Source: an uncultured Mycoplasmatota bacterium
GTDB taxonomy: Bacteria > Bacillota_I > Bacilli_A > RF39 > UBA660
NCBI GenBank assembly: GCA_946500695.1
Contig: CAMMWS010000001.1
Coordinates: 13,211-77,210 of the forward strand
Direction: 5' to 3'
Length of the DNA: 64,000 nucleotides
Of this stretch, positions 49,975-59,664 are shown one piece after another; the first letter of the stretch is position 1, and the number at the start of each line of letters is the position of its first letter. A program made the translations under genes and the position numbers. The notes under the pieces are model-generated. The model was not told where the DNA came from, did not search any database, and saw only the letters and a program-made list of their open reading frames with translations.

Positions 49975-51153
49975 ATGAATGATAATAAAGGTAAAGAAAT
50001 TATTAAGAATACTCCTACTGAAGCTCCAAAACCTACTAAGGATAACAACGGTATGAAAAAGAAATTAATGAGAATTATGTTAATAGTAGTAGGAGTTTTA
50101 GTATTAATATTAATTGTTATATTAATAGTATCTTTAGTAACTGGTGGTAATAAAAGTTATGAAGAAATAGAAGAAGACTTAAGAAATGCTGCTATGGAAT
50201 ATTATGAAGTTCAAAGCGGTCTACTACCAGAGGAAGAAGGAGAAACAGTTACTGTTAGAGCTAGTGCTTTAGCAGAAGCTGGTTATATGGATCCTTTAAG
50301 TGAACTTCGTGAAGGCGAAAGTTGTAGTGGTAGAGTAGAAGTAACTATGATAAATGACAATTTAATCTATACACCATACCTTGACTGTGGGGATAATTAT
50401 ACTACCAAGGAATTATATAAAGCTGTTTTAGAACAAGGAATAGTTACCTCTGGTAATGGTTTATATCAAATGAATGGTGAAACAGTTTACCGTGGTGATG
50501 ATGTTAATAACTATGTTAGCTTAGATAATCAATTGTTTAGAATTGTTAAAGTTACTTCTGATAATAAACTATTATTAATCTTAAATGAACCAATATCAAC
50601 TTTATCATCATATTATGATGATAGATATAATCCAGATAGACTATTTAATAGTGGTTTTAATGATTATAGAGTTAGTAGAGTTTATGAATATCTAGATAAT
50701 CTTTATAATAATAAAATTGATATTGATTATAGATTATTAAGTAATAATGATAAAGAAAAATTAACAACTTTTAACTTATGCATAGGTAAGCGTACTCCAT
50801 CTGATACAGCTAAAGATAATACTATAGAGTGTGCAGATGTTTTAGAAAATCAAATGATAGGTTTATTAACTGCCAGTGATTATATGAATGCTTCATTAGA
50901 TGCTAATTGTTTAGCAACTATTGATAAGAGCTGTCAAAACTATAATTATTTAAGATTAAAAGAAACAGAATGGTGGTTATTAACTGGTAATTCGCTTAAC
51001 AATTATGAAGCTTATGTAATTAAAGGTAATGGTTATATAGATTTAAATACTACATCTGGATATAAAAGAATAAGACCAACAATTATGTTAAATAACAATG
51101 TTATGATTAAATCTGGTAGTGGAAGTGCATCTAATCCATTTATTTTGAAATAA
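49975..51153 (+). CDS. Membrane-anchored extracellular protein; member of a local paralog family with C-terminal SGSGSxxNPF motif
   Basis: N-terminal TM segment. C-terminus MIKSGSGSASNPFILK resembles the repeat ends of the 53028..54848 protein. Confidence 0.4.
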   Translation: MNDNKGKEIIKNTPTEAPKPTKDNNGMKKKLMRIMLIVVGVLVLILIVILIVSLVTGGNKSYEEIEEDLRNAAMEYYEVQSGLLPEEEGETVTVRASALAEAGYMDPLSELREGESCSGRVEVTMINDNLIYTPYLDCGDNYTTKELYKAVLEQGIVTSGNGLYQMNGETVYRGDDVNNYVSLDNQLFRIVKVTSDNKLLLILNEPISTLSSYYDDRYNPDRLFNSGFNDYRVSRVYEYLDNLYNNKIDIDYRLLSNNDKEKLTTFNLCIGKRTPSDTAKDNTIECADVLENQMIGLLTASDYMNASLDANCLATIDKSCQNYNYLRLKETEWWLLTGNSLNNYEAYVIKGNGYIDLNTTSGYKRIRPTIMLNNNVMIKSGSGSASNPFILK

Positions 51154-51176
51154 CTAAAGAATGGAGAAACAAACCT

Positions 51177-52733
51177 ATGAAAATCGGCATTATTTCCATC
51201 AATATGTATTCAAAATATTTAAACTTTGCATGTCCGTTACATACTTTTGCATTTCAACAATTCTTATTAAAGAAAGGATATAAATCTACAGTAATTAATT
51301 ATCAACCCATTTATTTTAATGGCTTTGATATGGAACATCCTTATACTTATTATAAAAACTGTTTAAAGAAGTTAAAAAAAGGTAATCCTTTAAAAGTAAA
51401 GAAGATAAAAGATTATGAACAAAAGAAAAATGACTTTAAAAAAATATATAAGGAACGAGAAATAAGATACAATAAATTTCAAGACTTTATCGATAATAAT
51501 TATCTTAAAACAGAAAAATGTTATAACTCTGCTTCTTTAGAAGTAGAGTCTTTAGATTTTGACTGCTATATTTGTGTTACAGATGTAATATGGAAAAATG
51601 AACCCCATGAAGGATTTGACAGAGGATTCTTTCTAGGTAGTAGTTGTATGGAAAATAAATTAAAAATATCTTATTCTGCAAGTAGAGGGGTTAATTTTGC
51701 AAAGACCGAAGAAGAACAAAAAGAATTCTTTAAATATATTAATGATATTGATTGTATATCAGTAAGAGAAGAAAGTTTAAAGAGATATATTGAAGAAAAT
51801 TCTAATAAGAAAGCAAATGTAGTACTAGATCCTGTTTTATTACATAATGAGGACTTTTGGAATAAGTATATAAAAAAGCCTAAAGAAAAAGAATATTTAT
51901 TTTTATATTATGTAGTTGAGAAAGCAACTGATACAATAGAAGAAGCTATTAAGTTTGCAGAAAAGAATGATTTAACTATTATAGAAGTAACAGATAGACC
52001 ATTAAAATATGGAAGAGTACCTAAAAATAGTAAAGTAAAACATAAATATTTATATGATATAGGATTAGAAGAATGGTTAGGCTATATAAAATATGCAAGC
52101 TATATATTTACAAATTCATTCCATGGTTGTTGTTTTAGTATTATATTTAAAAAGAACTTCTTTGTTGGTAAAAGAAATGGTGATAAAGTAACACATTTAT
52201 TGGAAATATTTAATCTATCAAATCGTTATTTTAATAATAATTTAGAAGTTTTATCTAGTAATCCATCTATTGATTATGATAATGTCTATAAAATATTAGA
52301 TGAAAAGAAAAGTATATCAGAAAATTTTATTATAGAAGCAGTTAATAAAAAAGTAAGAAAAGAAAAAGATTATAGTAAAGATAAGAAAAATCAAAAATAT
52401 AAGATGATATATATTAGCAAAAAAAGAAGTAGTTTAAATGACAAAGTTAATAATATAGAAAGTTATGAGGTAGAAGAAAAACAATTAAACAATGGAGAAA
52501 ATCCTCTTCTCCCTAATATGTTTAAAAGTAATAAATATATCTTTTCACATTGGATTATTTATATTCTAATCGATAAAGATTGGTTTTATTATACAAAAGA
52601 TAAGAATTTAATAAATGTAAAAGATTATAAAGAAGAAGAACTGTATAGATTCTCAAGTAATGATTTTATTCCTTATTTTCCTGTAAATGGAATAAAAAAA
52701 GTAGTTGCAGAAGCTATATGGGAATCTAATTAA
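51177..52733 (+). CDS. Polysaccharide pyruvyl transferase-like protein
   Basis: N-terminal MKIGIISI... Rossmann-like start typical of the CsaB/pyruvyl transferase family. Long Lys-rich C-terminal extension. Confidence 0.4.
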   Translation: MKIGIISINMYSKYLNFACPLHTFAFQQFLLKKGYKSTVINYQPIYFNGFDMEHPYTYYKNCLKKLKKGNPLKVKKIKDYEQKKNDFKKIYKEREIRYNKFQDFIDNNYLKTEKCYNSASLEVESLDFDCYICVTDVIWKNEPHEGFDRGFFLGSSCMENKLKISYSASRGVNFAKTEEEQKEFFKYINDIDCISVREESLKRYIEENSNKKANVVLDPVLLHNEDFWNKYIKKPKEKEYLFLYYVVEKATDTIEEAIKFAEKNDLTIIEVTDRPLKYGRVPKNSKVKHKYLYDIGLEEWLGYIKYASYIFTNSFHGCCFSIIFKKNFFVGKRNGDKVTHLLEIFNLSNRYFNNNLEVLSSNPSIDYDNVYKILDEKKSISENFIIEAVNKKVRKEKDYSKDKKNQKYKMIYISKKRSSLNDKVNNIESYEVEEKQLNNGENPLLPNMFKSNKYIFSHWIIYILIDKDWFYYTKDKNLINVKDYKEEELYRFSSNDFIPYFPVNGIKKVVAEAIWESN

Positions 52734-52805
52734 TCTAGACAACAACAAGTTTACTGTGGTAGAATGTAAGTATAAAAGATAGGAAACAGAAGGGAAGTAA
52801 TAGAT

Positions 52806-52979
52806 ATGACTAATTTTAATTATCAGGATAAAATAATTCGTCAATTCTGGGGTAAATTAATTCGTCAATCTACATTTGAAGAAGATATGTTTACAATATG
52901 TTACCTGGGGGGGGGGCAGTTTAGTAAATATTTAAGTAATAAAATTACTTTCTTTCATAGTGTAAAAAGAATAGAGTAA
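52806..52979 (+). CDS. 57-codon ORF containing a G10 homopolymer tract (52907-52916), followed by its own terminator
   Basis: ATG at 52806. The GGGGGGGGGG tract encodes GGG. Hairpin AGAATAG...CTATTCT plus T-run at 52969-53000. Confidence 0.2.
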   Translation: MTNFNYQDKIIRQFWGKLIRQSTFEEDMFTICYLGGGQFSKYLSNKITFFHSVKRIE

Positions 52980-53027
52980 GAGATTATTCTATTCTTTTTT
53001 GTGTGTAATAATGGAAGGAGTAAGAAG

Positions 53028-54848
53028 ATGAAAAAGATATTATTAGAAACAAGCTTTAGTAAAATTTATATGATAGTAATGATTATAATAACCCTATTAA
53101 TATTAGGAGGCTATTTTTCATATGCGATGTTTACAGTTACAAAAGAAAAAGAAAATGCTATAAGTATAGTAACAGGTAATTTAACTTATGAATTAAAAGT
53201 AGATGAAGAAGAAGGAAATACCTTAACAGTACCATCTAATAGTAGAAAAGATTTTATAGTAACTTTATCTAACCCTAATAATAGAGTAGGAAGATTTAAC
53301 TTTTATTATGAAGGAAGTTTACCTGATGGAGTAGATATAGGGTATATAGAAAAAGAAGAAGTAAATACACCACCATCTAGTACAGGAATAAATTTAGAGA
53401 AAGTAGATACAACAGGAAGTAGTAATACTTATATAGTAAGAGTATCAAATACTACAGAAAGTGAAATAAGTATAGAATTAGGAGTAAGTGTAGGCTTAGA
53501 TTATAATGATTTAGAATTACCAGAAAACGGACACTTACTAAGAAAGATAACATCAACAGGAACTGTAAGTGAAGTAATAGAAGATGATATTATGAATAGA
53601 TTAAATTATGAAGATTCTGAACAGACCTTTGTAACGGGAAGTAATCCTTACAATTACATTTGGTACTCTGGTAAGTTATGGAGAGTAGTATCAATAGATC
53701 CAAGTGATAATAGTGTAAAGTTAGTAACTCAGTGGAATATAAGTGCAATTCCCTATGACAATGATAGTAGTGCTTTTGAAGGAAGTTATATGGAAGAATG
53801 GTTAAATGATACAACAGTAGATGGTTTTCTATATAATTTAAGAAATCCAGAAGAATTTATCAAGATGGATAGTAAATGGAATGCCAGTATGGTTGTTGAT
53901 GGTAAACTACCAAGTGAGGAAGAAGGTGGGACCATAGTAGAAGATGCCGTAGGACTTTTAAATGTTTACGAATATAATATGAGTGGAAATTCAAATGGGT
54001 ATTTAAAAAGTAATCTTTATTTTAGAACTTTAACTCCGTCATCAATATCAAATATTATAAATGTTAATAGTGGTGGTGACGTATCGAATAATAGTTCGAA
54101 CTATAGTATTGGAATAAGACCTATGATAAATTTAAAACCCGAAATAAAAATAGTATCAGGAGATGGAAGCAAGGAAAATCCATATAGATTAGAAGGAGAT
54201 AATGATACTAATCTATTAGGTACACTACTAAATACAAGATACAGTGGGGAATATATAACTTTTGGAACAGGAGAAAACAATCTATATAGAATAGTAAGTC
54301 ATGAAATAGATGGGTTAACTAAGATAACAAGTGAAGAGCCATTAAAAGAAAATGGAAAATTTAAAACTATGGTTTTTGGAGATAGTGTAAATTATTCAAG
54401 TGCAAATACAATAGGAAGCTTTCTTAATGGAGAATATTTAACTAATGGAGAATATTTAACAAATGAACAAGTTAATATGATAGAAGATAATACTATTTGG
54501 TATTTAGGAACAGTAGGTTTAAGATCAAGTTATAGGCTAGCAAAATTTACAGATGAAAATATGAGCAATTTGATATCTAATACAACAATATCAAAGGTTG
54601 GCTTATTAAGATTAGGAGAATTAATGTCGGGACAATTTAACTATTCAATTCATAATGTAAATTATTGGTATTTAACCTCGCATAATAACATTAATGCAAA
54701 CTATATTGGTAAAGTAGGTGATTCCTGGTACAATTCTTTAAGTAATGAATATGCTATTAAACCATCTCTAAATCTAAAATCTAATGTCATAATAACAAGT
54801 GGTGATGGGACAAAGCAAAATCCATTTCAAATTGAACTAGCAAGCTAA
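53028..54848 (+). CDS. Secreted/membrane-anchored protein with two ~200-aa repeat modules each ending in (I/V)xSGDG(S/T)KxNP(Y/F)
   Basis: N-terminal TM segment. Internal duplication with motifs IVSGDGSKENPYRLE and ITSGDGTKQNPFQIE. Extended -10 TGTGTAATAAT lies just upstream. ORF-track start is 53001. Confidence 0.45.
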   Translation: MKKILLETSFSKIYMIVMIIITLLILGGYFSYAMFTVTKEKENAISIVTGNLTYELKVDEEEGNTLTVPSNSRKDFIVTLSNPNNRVGRFNFYYEGSLPDGVDIGYIEKEEVNTPPSSTGINLEKVDTTGSSNTYIVRVSNTTESEISIELGVSVGLDYNDLELPENGHLLRKITSTGTVSEVIEDDIMNRLNYEDSEQTFVTGSNPYNYIWYSGKLWRVVSIDPSDNSVKLVTQWNISAIPYDNDSSAFEGSYMEEWLNDTTVDGFLYNLRNPEEFIKMDSKWNASMVVDGKLPSEEEGGTIVEDAVGLLNVYEYNMSGNSNGYLKSNLYFRTLTPSSISNIINVNSGGDVSNNSSNYSIGIRPMINLKPEIKIVSGDGSKENPYRLEGDNDTNLLGTLLNTRYSGEYITFGTGENNLYRIVSHEIDGLTKITSEEPLKENGKFKTMVFGDSVNYSSANTIGSFLNGEYLTNGEYLTNEQVNMIEDNTIWYLGTVGLRSSYRLAKFTDENMSNLISNTTISKVGLLRLGELMSGQFNYSIHNVNYWYLTSHNNINANYIGKVGDSWYNSLSNEYAIKPSLNLKSNVIITSGDGTKQNPFQIELAS

Positions 54849-54920
54849 GAAGAGATTAAACTTTCTCTTCTTTTTTGTATAAATATTATTTTTTAGAACA
54901 GTATATTATTAGGTGATAAT

Positions 54921-55364
54921 ATGACTAATAAAAAATATGATGCTTTAGTAAAGAAACATACTCCTAAAGAAAATAAAGCTAAATATGCTTTAATTGCCTT
55001 TCTAGTAGGAGGTACTTTAGGACTATTTGGAGAAGTTTTAATTAGGATTTATATAATGTTATTTGATGTATCTAGAAATGATGCTTCTACTTATATGATT
55101 ATAACTTATATCTTCTTTGCATCTCTTTTTACAGCCTTAGGCTTCTTTGATAAGTTAGTGGCAAAAGCTAAAGCAGGTCTTTTAATACCAATAACAGGTT
55201 TCGCTCATTCCATGACTAGTGCCGCTCTAGATTATAAAAATGAAGGACCAATCTTTGGTGTTGGTAGTAATGTCTTTAAACTAGCAGGTTCTGTTATTTT
55301 CTATGGAGTAGTATCCGCTTGGTTCTTTGGACTTATTAGATATTTATGGGAGGTTTTATCATGA
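54921..55364 (+). CDS. spoVAC: Stage V sporulation protein AC
   Basis: The whole length resembles SpoVAC (MTNKKYDALVKKHTPKEN..., four TM segments). Confidence 0.85.
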   Translation: MTNKKYDALVKKHTPKENKAKYALIAFLVGGTLGLFGEVLIRIYIMLFDVSRNDASTYMIITYIFFASLFTALGFFDKLVAKAKAGLLIPITGFAHSMTSAALDYKNEGPIFGVGSNVFKLAGSVIFYGVVSAWFFGLIRYLWEVLS

Positions 55365-56356
55365 TACTAAATTTTAGAAATGTATACTTAGATAATGCAA
55401 GTACAGTTTGTGGCCCTTATGAAGCGAAAGGACCACTATCAAAAAACTTTGATAAGAAATATACTGATGATTTATATTGTAAAGAAAAGTCCTTTGAGAA
55501 AGCTGAAATAAGATTACTTGAAGATAGTATAAAGATATTACTAAAAAAAACTAAACTAACGTCTAAAGATATAGACCTAGTAATTGCAGGTGACCTCTTA
55601 AATCAAATAACATCATCATGCTATGGAGCCTTAAATCTTAAAAGTCCTTTTCTTGGTATTTATACAGCATGTGCTACTAGTATAGAAGGATTATTAATAG
55701 GAGCGACTTTTATCGATAGTGGTAAAGTAAATAATGCTTTAATATCTTGTTCATCTCATAATATGTCAAGTGAAAAACAATTTAGAAATCCTACTGAATA
55801 TGGTTCTCCTAAACCTATGACTGCAACCTTTACTGCTACAGGAGGTGCTAGTGCACTTTTATCTAATAAACCTAGTAAAATAAGAGTTGTTAATGGACTT
55901 ATTGGAACAATAGTAGATTTTAATCAAAAAGATGCCTTTAATATGGGAGCCGCTATGGCAGGAGCAGCAGCAGATACCCTATATAAATACTTAAAAGAAA
56001 CTAATACTAAGGCAAGTGATTATGATTTAATACTTACAGGAGACTTAGGTAAATATGGTAAAGAAATACTAAAAGACTTAATGCTTAATGAATATAATAT
56101 AGATTTATCTAAAAACTATAATGACTGTGGAACAATGCTCTATGATTTAGAAGAACAAAAAGAAGTAATGGCAGGAGGAAGTGGTCCCGTATGTTCTGCT
56201 TTAGTTAATTATAGTACTATTTTAAAAGACCTTATGAATAACAAATATAAAAAAGTCTTACTAATCGCAACAGGAGCCTTATTTTCTCCAATAATGCTTT
56301 ATCAAAAAGAAAATATTCTATCTATTGCCAATTTAATATGTTTGGAGGCGATATAA
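55361..56356 (+). CDS. spoVAD: Stage V sporulation protein AD
   Basis: Thiolase-like fold with characteristic SpoVAD blocks. ORF-track start is 55346. Confidence 0.85.
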   Translation: MILNFRNVYLDNASTVCGPYEAKGPLSKNFDKKYTDDLYCKEKSFEKAEIRLLEDSIKILLKKTKLTSKDIDLVIAGDLLNQITSSCYGALNLKSPFLGIYTACATSIEGLLIGATFIDSGKVNNALISCSSHNMSSEKQFRNPTEYGSPKPMTATFTATGGASALLSNKPSKIRVVNGLIGTIVDFNQKDAFNMGAAMAGAAADTLYKYLKETNTKASDYDLILTGDLGKYGKEILKDLMLNEYNIDLSKNYNDCGTMLYDLEEQKEVMAGGSGPVCSALVNYSTILKDLMNNKYKKVLLIATGALFSPIMLYQKENILSIANLICLEAI

Positions 56357-56706
56357 TGTACTTTATTAATTCATTTTTATTCTGTGGAATAGTTTGTTTA
56401 ATCGCAGAGTTAATACTTGATAATACTAAACTAACTCCAGGCCATATAACCGCTATCTTTGTATGTGTAGGTTCAGCCCTTGATGCCTTTTCTATCTATG
56501 ACTTCTTTATTGCAAAAGTAGGAGGAGGAGCCTTACTTCCTATAACAAGCTTTGGTCATTCTCTAATTCATGGAGCCTTACTTGCCGCTGAATCTCATGG
56601 CATAATAGGTTTGTTAATGGGCATCTTTGATCTTACTGCCGCCGGAATAACAGCAGCGATTATCTTTACCTTTGCCTTTACTTTAATTTTTAAAGCAAAA
56701 GATTAG
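56356..56706 (+). CDS. spoVAEB: Stage V sporulation protein AEb
   Basis: Small four-TM protein with SpoVAE signature. ORF-track start is 56338. Confidence 0.8.
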   Translation: MYFINSFLFCGIVCLIAELILDNTKLTPGHITAIFVCVGSALDAFSIYDFFIAKVGGGALLPITSFGHSLIHGALLAAESHGIIGLLMGIFDLTAAGITAAIIFTFAFTLIFKAKD

Positions 56707-56740
56707 AAATAGTAAATAATAATAGTAGGAGGTACTAATT

Positions 56741-57835
56741 ATGAAGATACTCTTAATACTATTATTATTTTTTTCTTGGGTAAATGTTTCTGCCCAAACC
56801 ATAACTACACCTTATCTAAAGGTAGGAGAAGTTAATGCTAATTATCAAGCTAAGGATAATGAGAAAATAGAGAAAGTTACTTATTATAAAGAAGAAAAGA
56901 TAGATAAAGAATTTAAATATTTAGAAGAATGTAATCTTGAATATCCTCTTAAAAGTAATGAAGTAACTTATGGAGAATATACTAACTATAGTAAAGAAAA
57001 ACTTAATGATAAAAGACTAGATGAAGATATCAAAACTATCTATTATTATAAAGATTTAAAGAAAATAGATAACTTAACTATTAGTAATATAGATAATCTT
57101 TTAATTACAAAGATAACTTTAAAATATAAAGATAAAACTATTTATGAAGGTAATAACTACAATATTAAGTTATCTAAAAAATATAGCCCTGAGTTTCTAG
57201 AGTTAGAAGTAACATGCTTTTTAAATCAAGGAGATAGAAAAGGAAACTTTGTAATAGAAAGCTCTAATTATATTAAAGATAAAATAACTATAACTAAAAA
57301 AGGCTATAGTAAGATAAAACTTAAGTTAATAAATCATTTAACTAAGACTCTTTATGATGAAAAAGTCTTAAGTAAATCTAATATAGAAGATAAATTTTAT
57401 ATAAAAGTTATTTCTAAAGAAAAGTTATATCGTTATCGTAAGAAGTACTACAAATGCTATAAAGATGATAATATAACTGATACTTTAGTTCATAATGGTT
57501 ATAAAGTTATAGATACTATTAATAAGTATTATCTATATCGAAAAGAGACAATAGAAGTATATGATGATATAACCCTATCTAATTACTTAGATTTATCTAA
57601 AGTAATAAAGAAAAGTACTATTCCTCTTAGTAAGTTAGAGTTTAACTATTCTAATACATGTTCTAAAACTATTTTAACTATTAAGTATCAAGACTTTAAA
57701 GAAAATATAGATATTACTTTTAATTGTAATGATTATCCTAAAAGTAAAGTACATAAAGGTAAAACTAAGTCTCTTACAAGAGGAATATTTGGTATTTTAT
57801 TTAAAACGCTAATCTTTGCGAATTTTGTAGGTTGA
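56741..57835 (+). CDS. Secreted K/Y-rich protein, unknown function
   Basis: Signal peptide ending VSAQT. Confidence 0.4.
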   Translation: MKILLILLLFFSWVNVSAQTITTPYLKVGEVNANYQAKDNEKIEKVTYYKEEKIDKEFKYLEECNLEYPLKSNEVTYGEYTNYSKEKLNDKRLDEDIKTIYYYKDLKKIDNLTISNIDNLLITKITLKYKDKTIYEGNNYNIKLSKKYSPEFLELEVTCFLNQGDRKGNFVIESSNYIKDKITITKKGYSKIKLKLINHLTKTLYDEKVLSKSNIEDKFYIKVISKEKLYRYRKKYYKCYKDDNITDTLVHNGYKVIDTINKYYLYRKETIEVYDDITLSNYLDLSKVIKKSTIPLSKLEFNYSNTCSKTILTIKYQDFKENIDITFNCNDYPKSKVHKGKTKSLTRGIFGILFKTLIFANFVG

Positions 57836-57914
57836 AATTAATAACTACTTCTGTCGAAAGCCTTGTTAATTAAGTAAATTTTATTTATTCTTAAGACAAG
57901 AAAGGATAGATACT

Positions 57915-58559
57915 ATGACAGAAGAAGCTTTAAGATATGTTGGTTTAGTTAGAAATATTACTAGTAAATATAATTTTAGAAGTGATTATGATGATTTATT
58001 TCAAGCAGGAATGTTAGGCTTACAAACTGCATTACAAAAGTATGATGCAAAAAGAGAGACAAGCTTTACAGATTATGCTTATTTGTGGATAAAAGGAGAG
58101 GTCTTAAAAACCATAAATAATGATTATGGGATTCATGTCTCGACTGATACTTATAAGTTAAGTAAAGAGATTAAAGAAACAAGAGAATATTTATCTCAAA
58201 ACTTAGGAAGAGAACCTACTACTTTTGAAATTTCTTATATGCTAGGAGAGCCAGAAGAAAAAATAGTAAGTGTTATGAATGCTGTTACAACTCCTTATAG
58301 TCTAGATAATAATTATTTAGATGATGACTATAATTTATATAATAAAATCGCTCTTATTGAAAAAGGTTATGATGTAGGAGTACTAGACTTAAAAGAAGCG
58401 ATTAATGGACTTGAAGAAAGTGAAAGAGAATTAATAATGTCAAGATACTATCAAGATATGACTCAAAAAGAAACAGCAGAGTCTCTTGGTATGTCTCAAG
58501 TTCAAGTAAGTAGAAAGGAGAGTAAGGTATTAGAAAAGCTTAGAACAAAAATTTTTTAA
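57915..58559 (+). CDS. Sigma-70 family sigma factor, group 3 (SigF/SigB-like)
   Basis: Region 2 DLFQAGMLGL...YAYLWIKGEV and region 4 ETAESLGMSQVQVSR. Confidence 0.6.
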   Translation: MTEEALRYVGLVRNITSKYNFRSDYDDLFQAGMLGLQTALQKYDAKRETSFTDYAYLWIKGEVLKTINNDYGIHVSTDTYKLSKEIKETREYLSQNLGREPTTFEISYMLGEPEEKIVSVMNAVTTPYSLDNNYLDDDYNLYNKIALIEKGYDVGVLDLKEAINGLEESERELIMSRYYQDMTQKETAESLGMSQVQVSRKESKVLEKLRTKIF

Positions 58560-58745
58560 AAAAGTATGAATTTTTAAAATTGGTCCTATTTTTAGGGATC
58601 AATTTTTAATTTTCTCTAGACGAATTTATAAAATTGACCCCTGCTTTTAACTGAATTTACAAAATCATCTTTTTGCATTAATTTTCCTTCCATGCTAGAG
58701 TTGTAGGCATCTGTGCAGACAAATTATTTATTATGGAGGAATTAA

Positions 58746-59573
58746 ATGAAAAAAGAAGAAAAGAAAAAAGAATTCTTTACACTTTTATCTGACACAACAT
58801 TTAAAAAAATGTTTAAAGATGAAGATAGTAGATTCTTTTATGAAAAATTAATTAAATATTATTCTAAATTAGATTTAGAAGGGTATCAATTATATGATAA
58901 TGAGATAAATAGTGGAAATGTTGCAAGAGATTATAGACTAGATGTCTTATTAAAGAAAGATAGAGATTTTATTATAATAGAAATGAATAAAGATGTATCA
59001 GAAAGAGTCTTAATTAAAAATAGAATGTATCTCTTTAGTATAGCTGGTGGTGGCTTAGAAAAAGGAGAAGATTTTGTTAAGATGAAAACAGTTCTAATTA
59101 ATTTTAATAATAGTCTCTATAAGATAAACCCAGATGCAATTAATGTTGATTATACTTTAAGAAATGAAAAATATAATGATGTAATAGATGATATTAAAAT
59201 ACATAATATTTATCTTGAAAGTCTAAAAAATGTAAGATATAATGGAAGTAACGAAGAAGAAACATTTATGGCAATGATGGTAGCAGATTCATATGAAGAA
59301 ATGAGAGAGATTGCAAATGGATGTGAGGAGGCGTTATATATCGTGGATAAGTTAGAAAGACTAAATGAAGAAGATAAATTTAGAACAGATTATAATGTAG
59401 AATTAGTTAGAAGAAAAGAAATAAACTCAGCAAGACTTGATGGCTATGATGCTGGTGCTAAAGATAGAGAAAAAGAAATTGCTAAAAATCTCCTTAATAT
59501 AGGTATATCTAAAGAAGATATAATAAAAGCAACAGGTTTAAGTGAAGAAGAGTTAGAGAACTTAACTGACTAA
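58746..59573 (+). CDS. Rpn/YhgA-like PD-(D/E)XK recombination-promoting nuclease (putative transposase family)
   Basis: N-terminal block with DYRLDVLLKKDRDFIIIEMNK, and a C-terminal EIAKNLLNIGIS...TGLSEEEL module typical of this family. Confidence 0.55.
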   Translation: MKKEEKKKEFFTLLSDTTFKKMFKDEDSRFFYEKLIKYYSKLDLEGYQLYDNEINSGNVARDYRLDVLLKKDRDFIIIEMNKDVSERVLIKNRMYLFSIAGGGLEKGEDFVKMKTVLINFNNSLYKINPDAINVDYTLRNEKYNDVIDDIKIHNIYLESLKNVRYNGSNEEETFMAMMVADSYEEMREIANGCEEALYIVDKLERLNEEDKFRTDYNVELVRRKEINSARLDGYDAGAKDREKEIAKNLLNIGISKEDIIKATGLSEEELENLTD

Positions 59574-59664
59574 ATATTACAAAACTGATAGATACGTTTT
59601 ATCAGTTTTTTGATGTATTTCTTTAAGTTTTAATGTATAATAAATGTAGTTATAGAGGTGAGTT

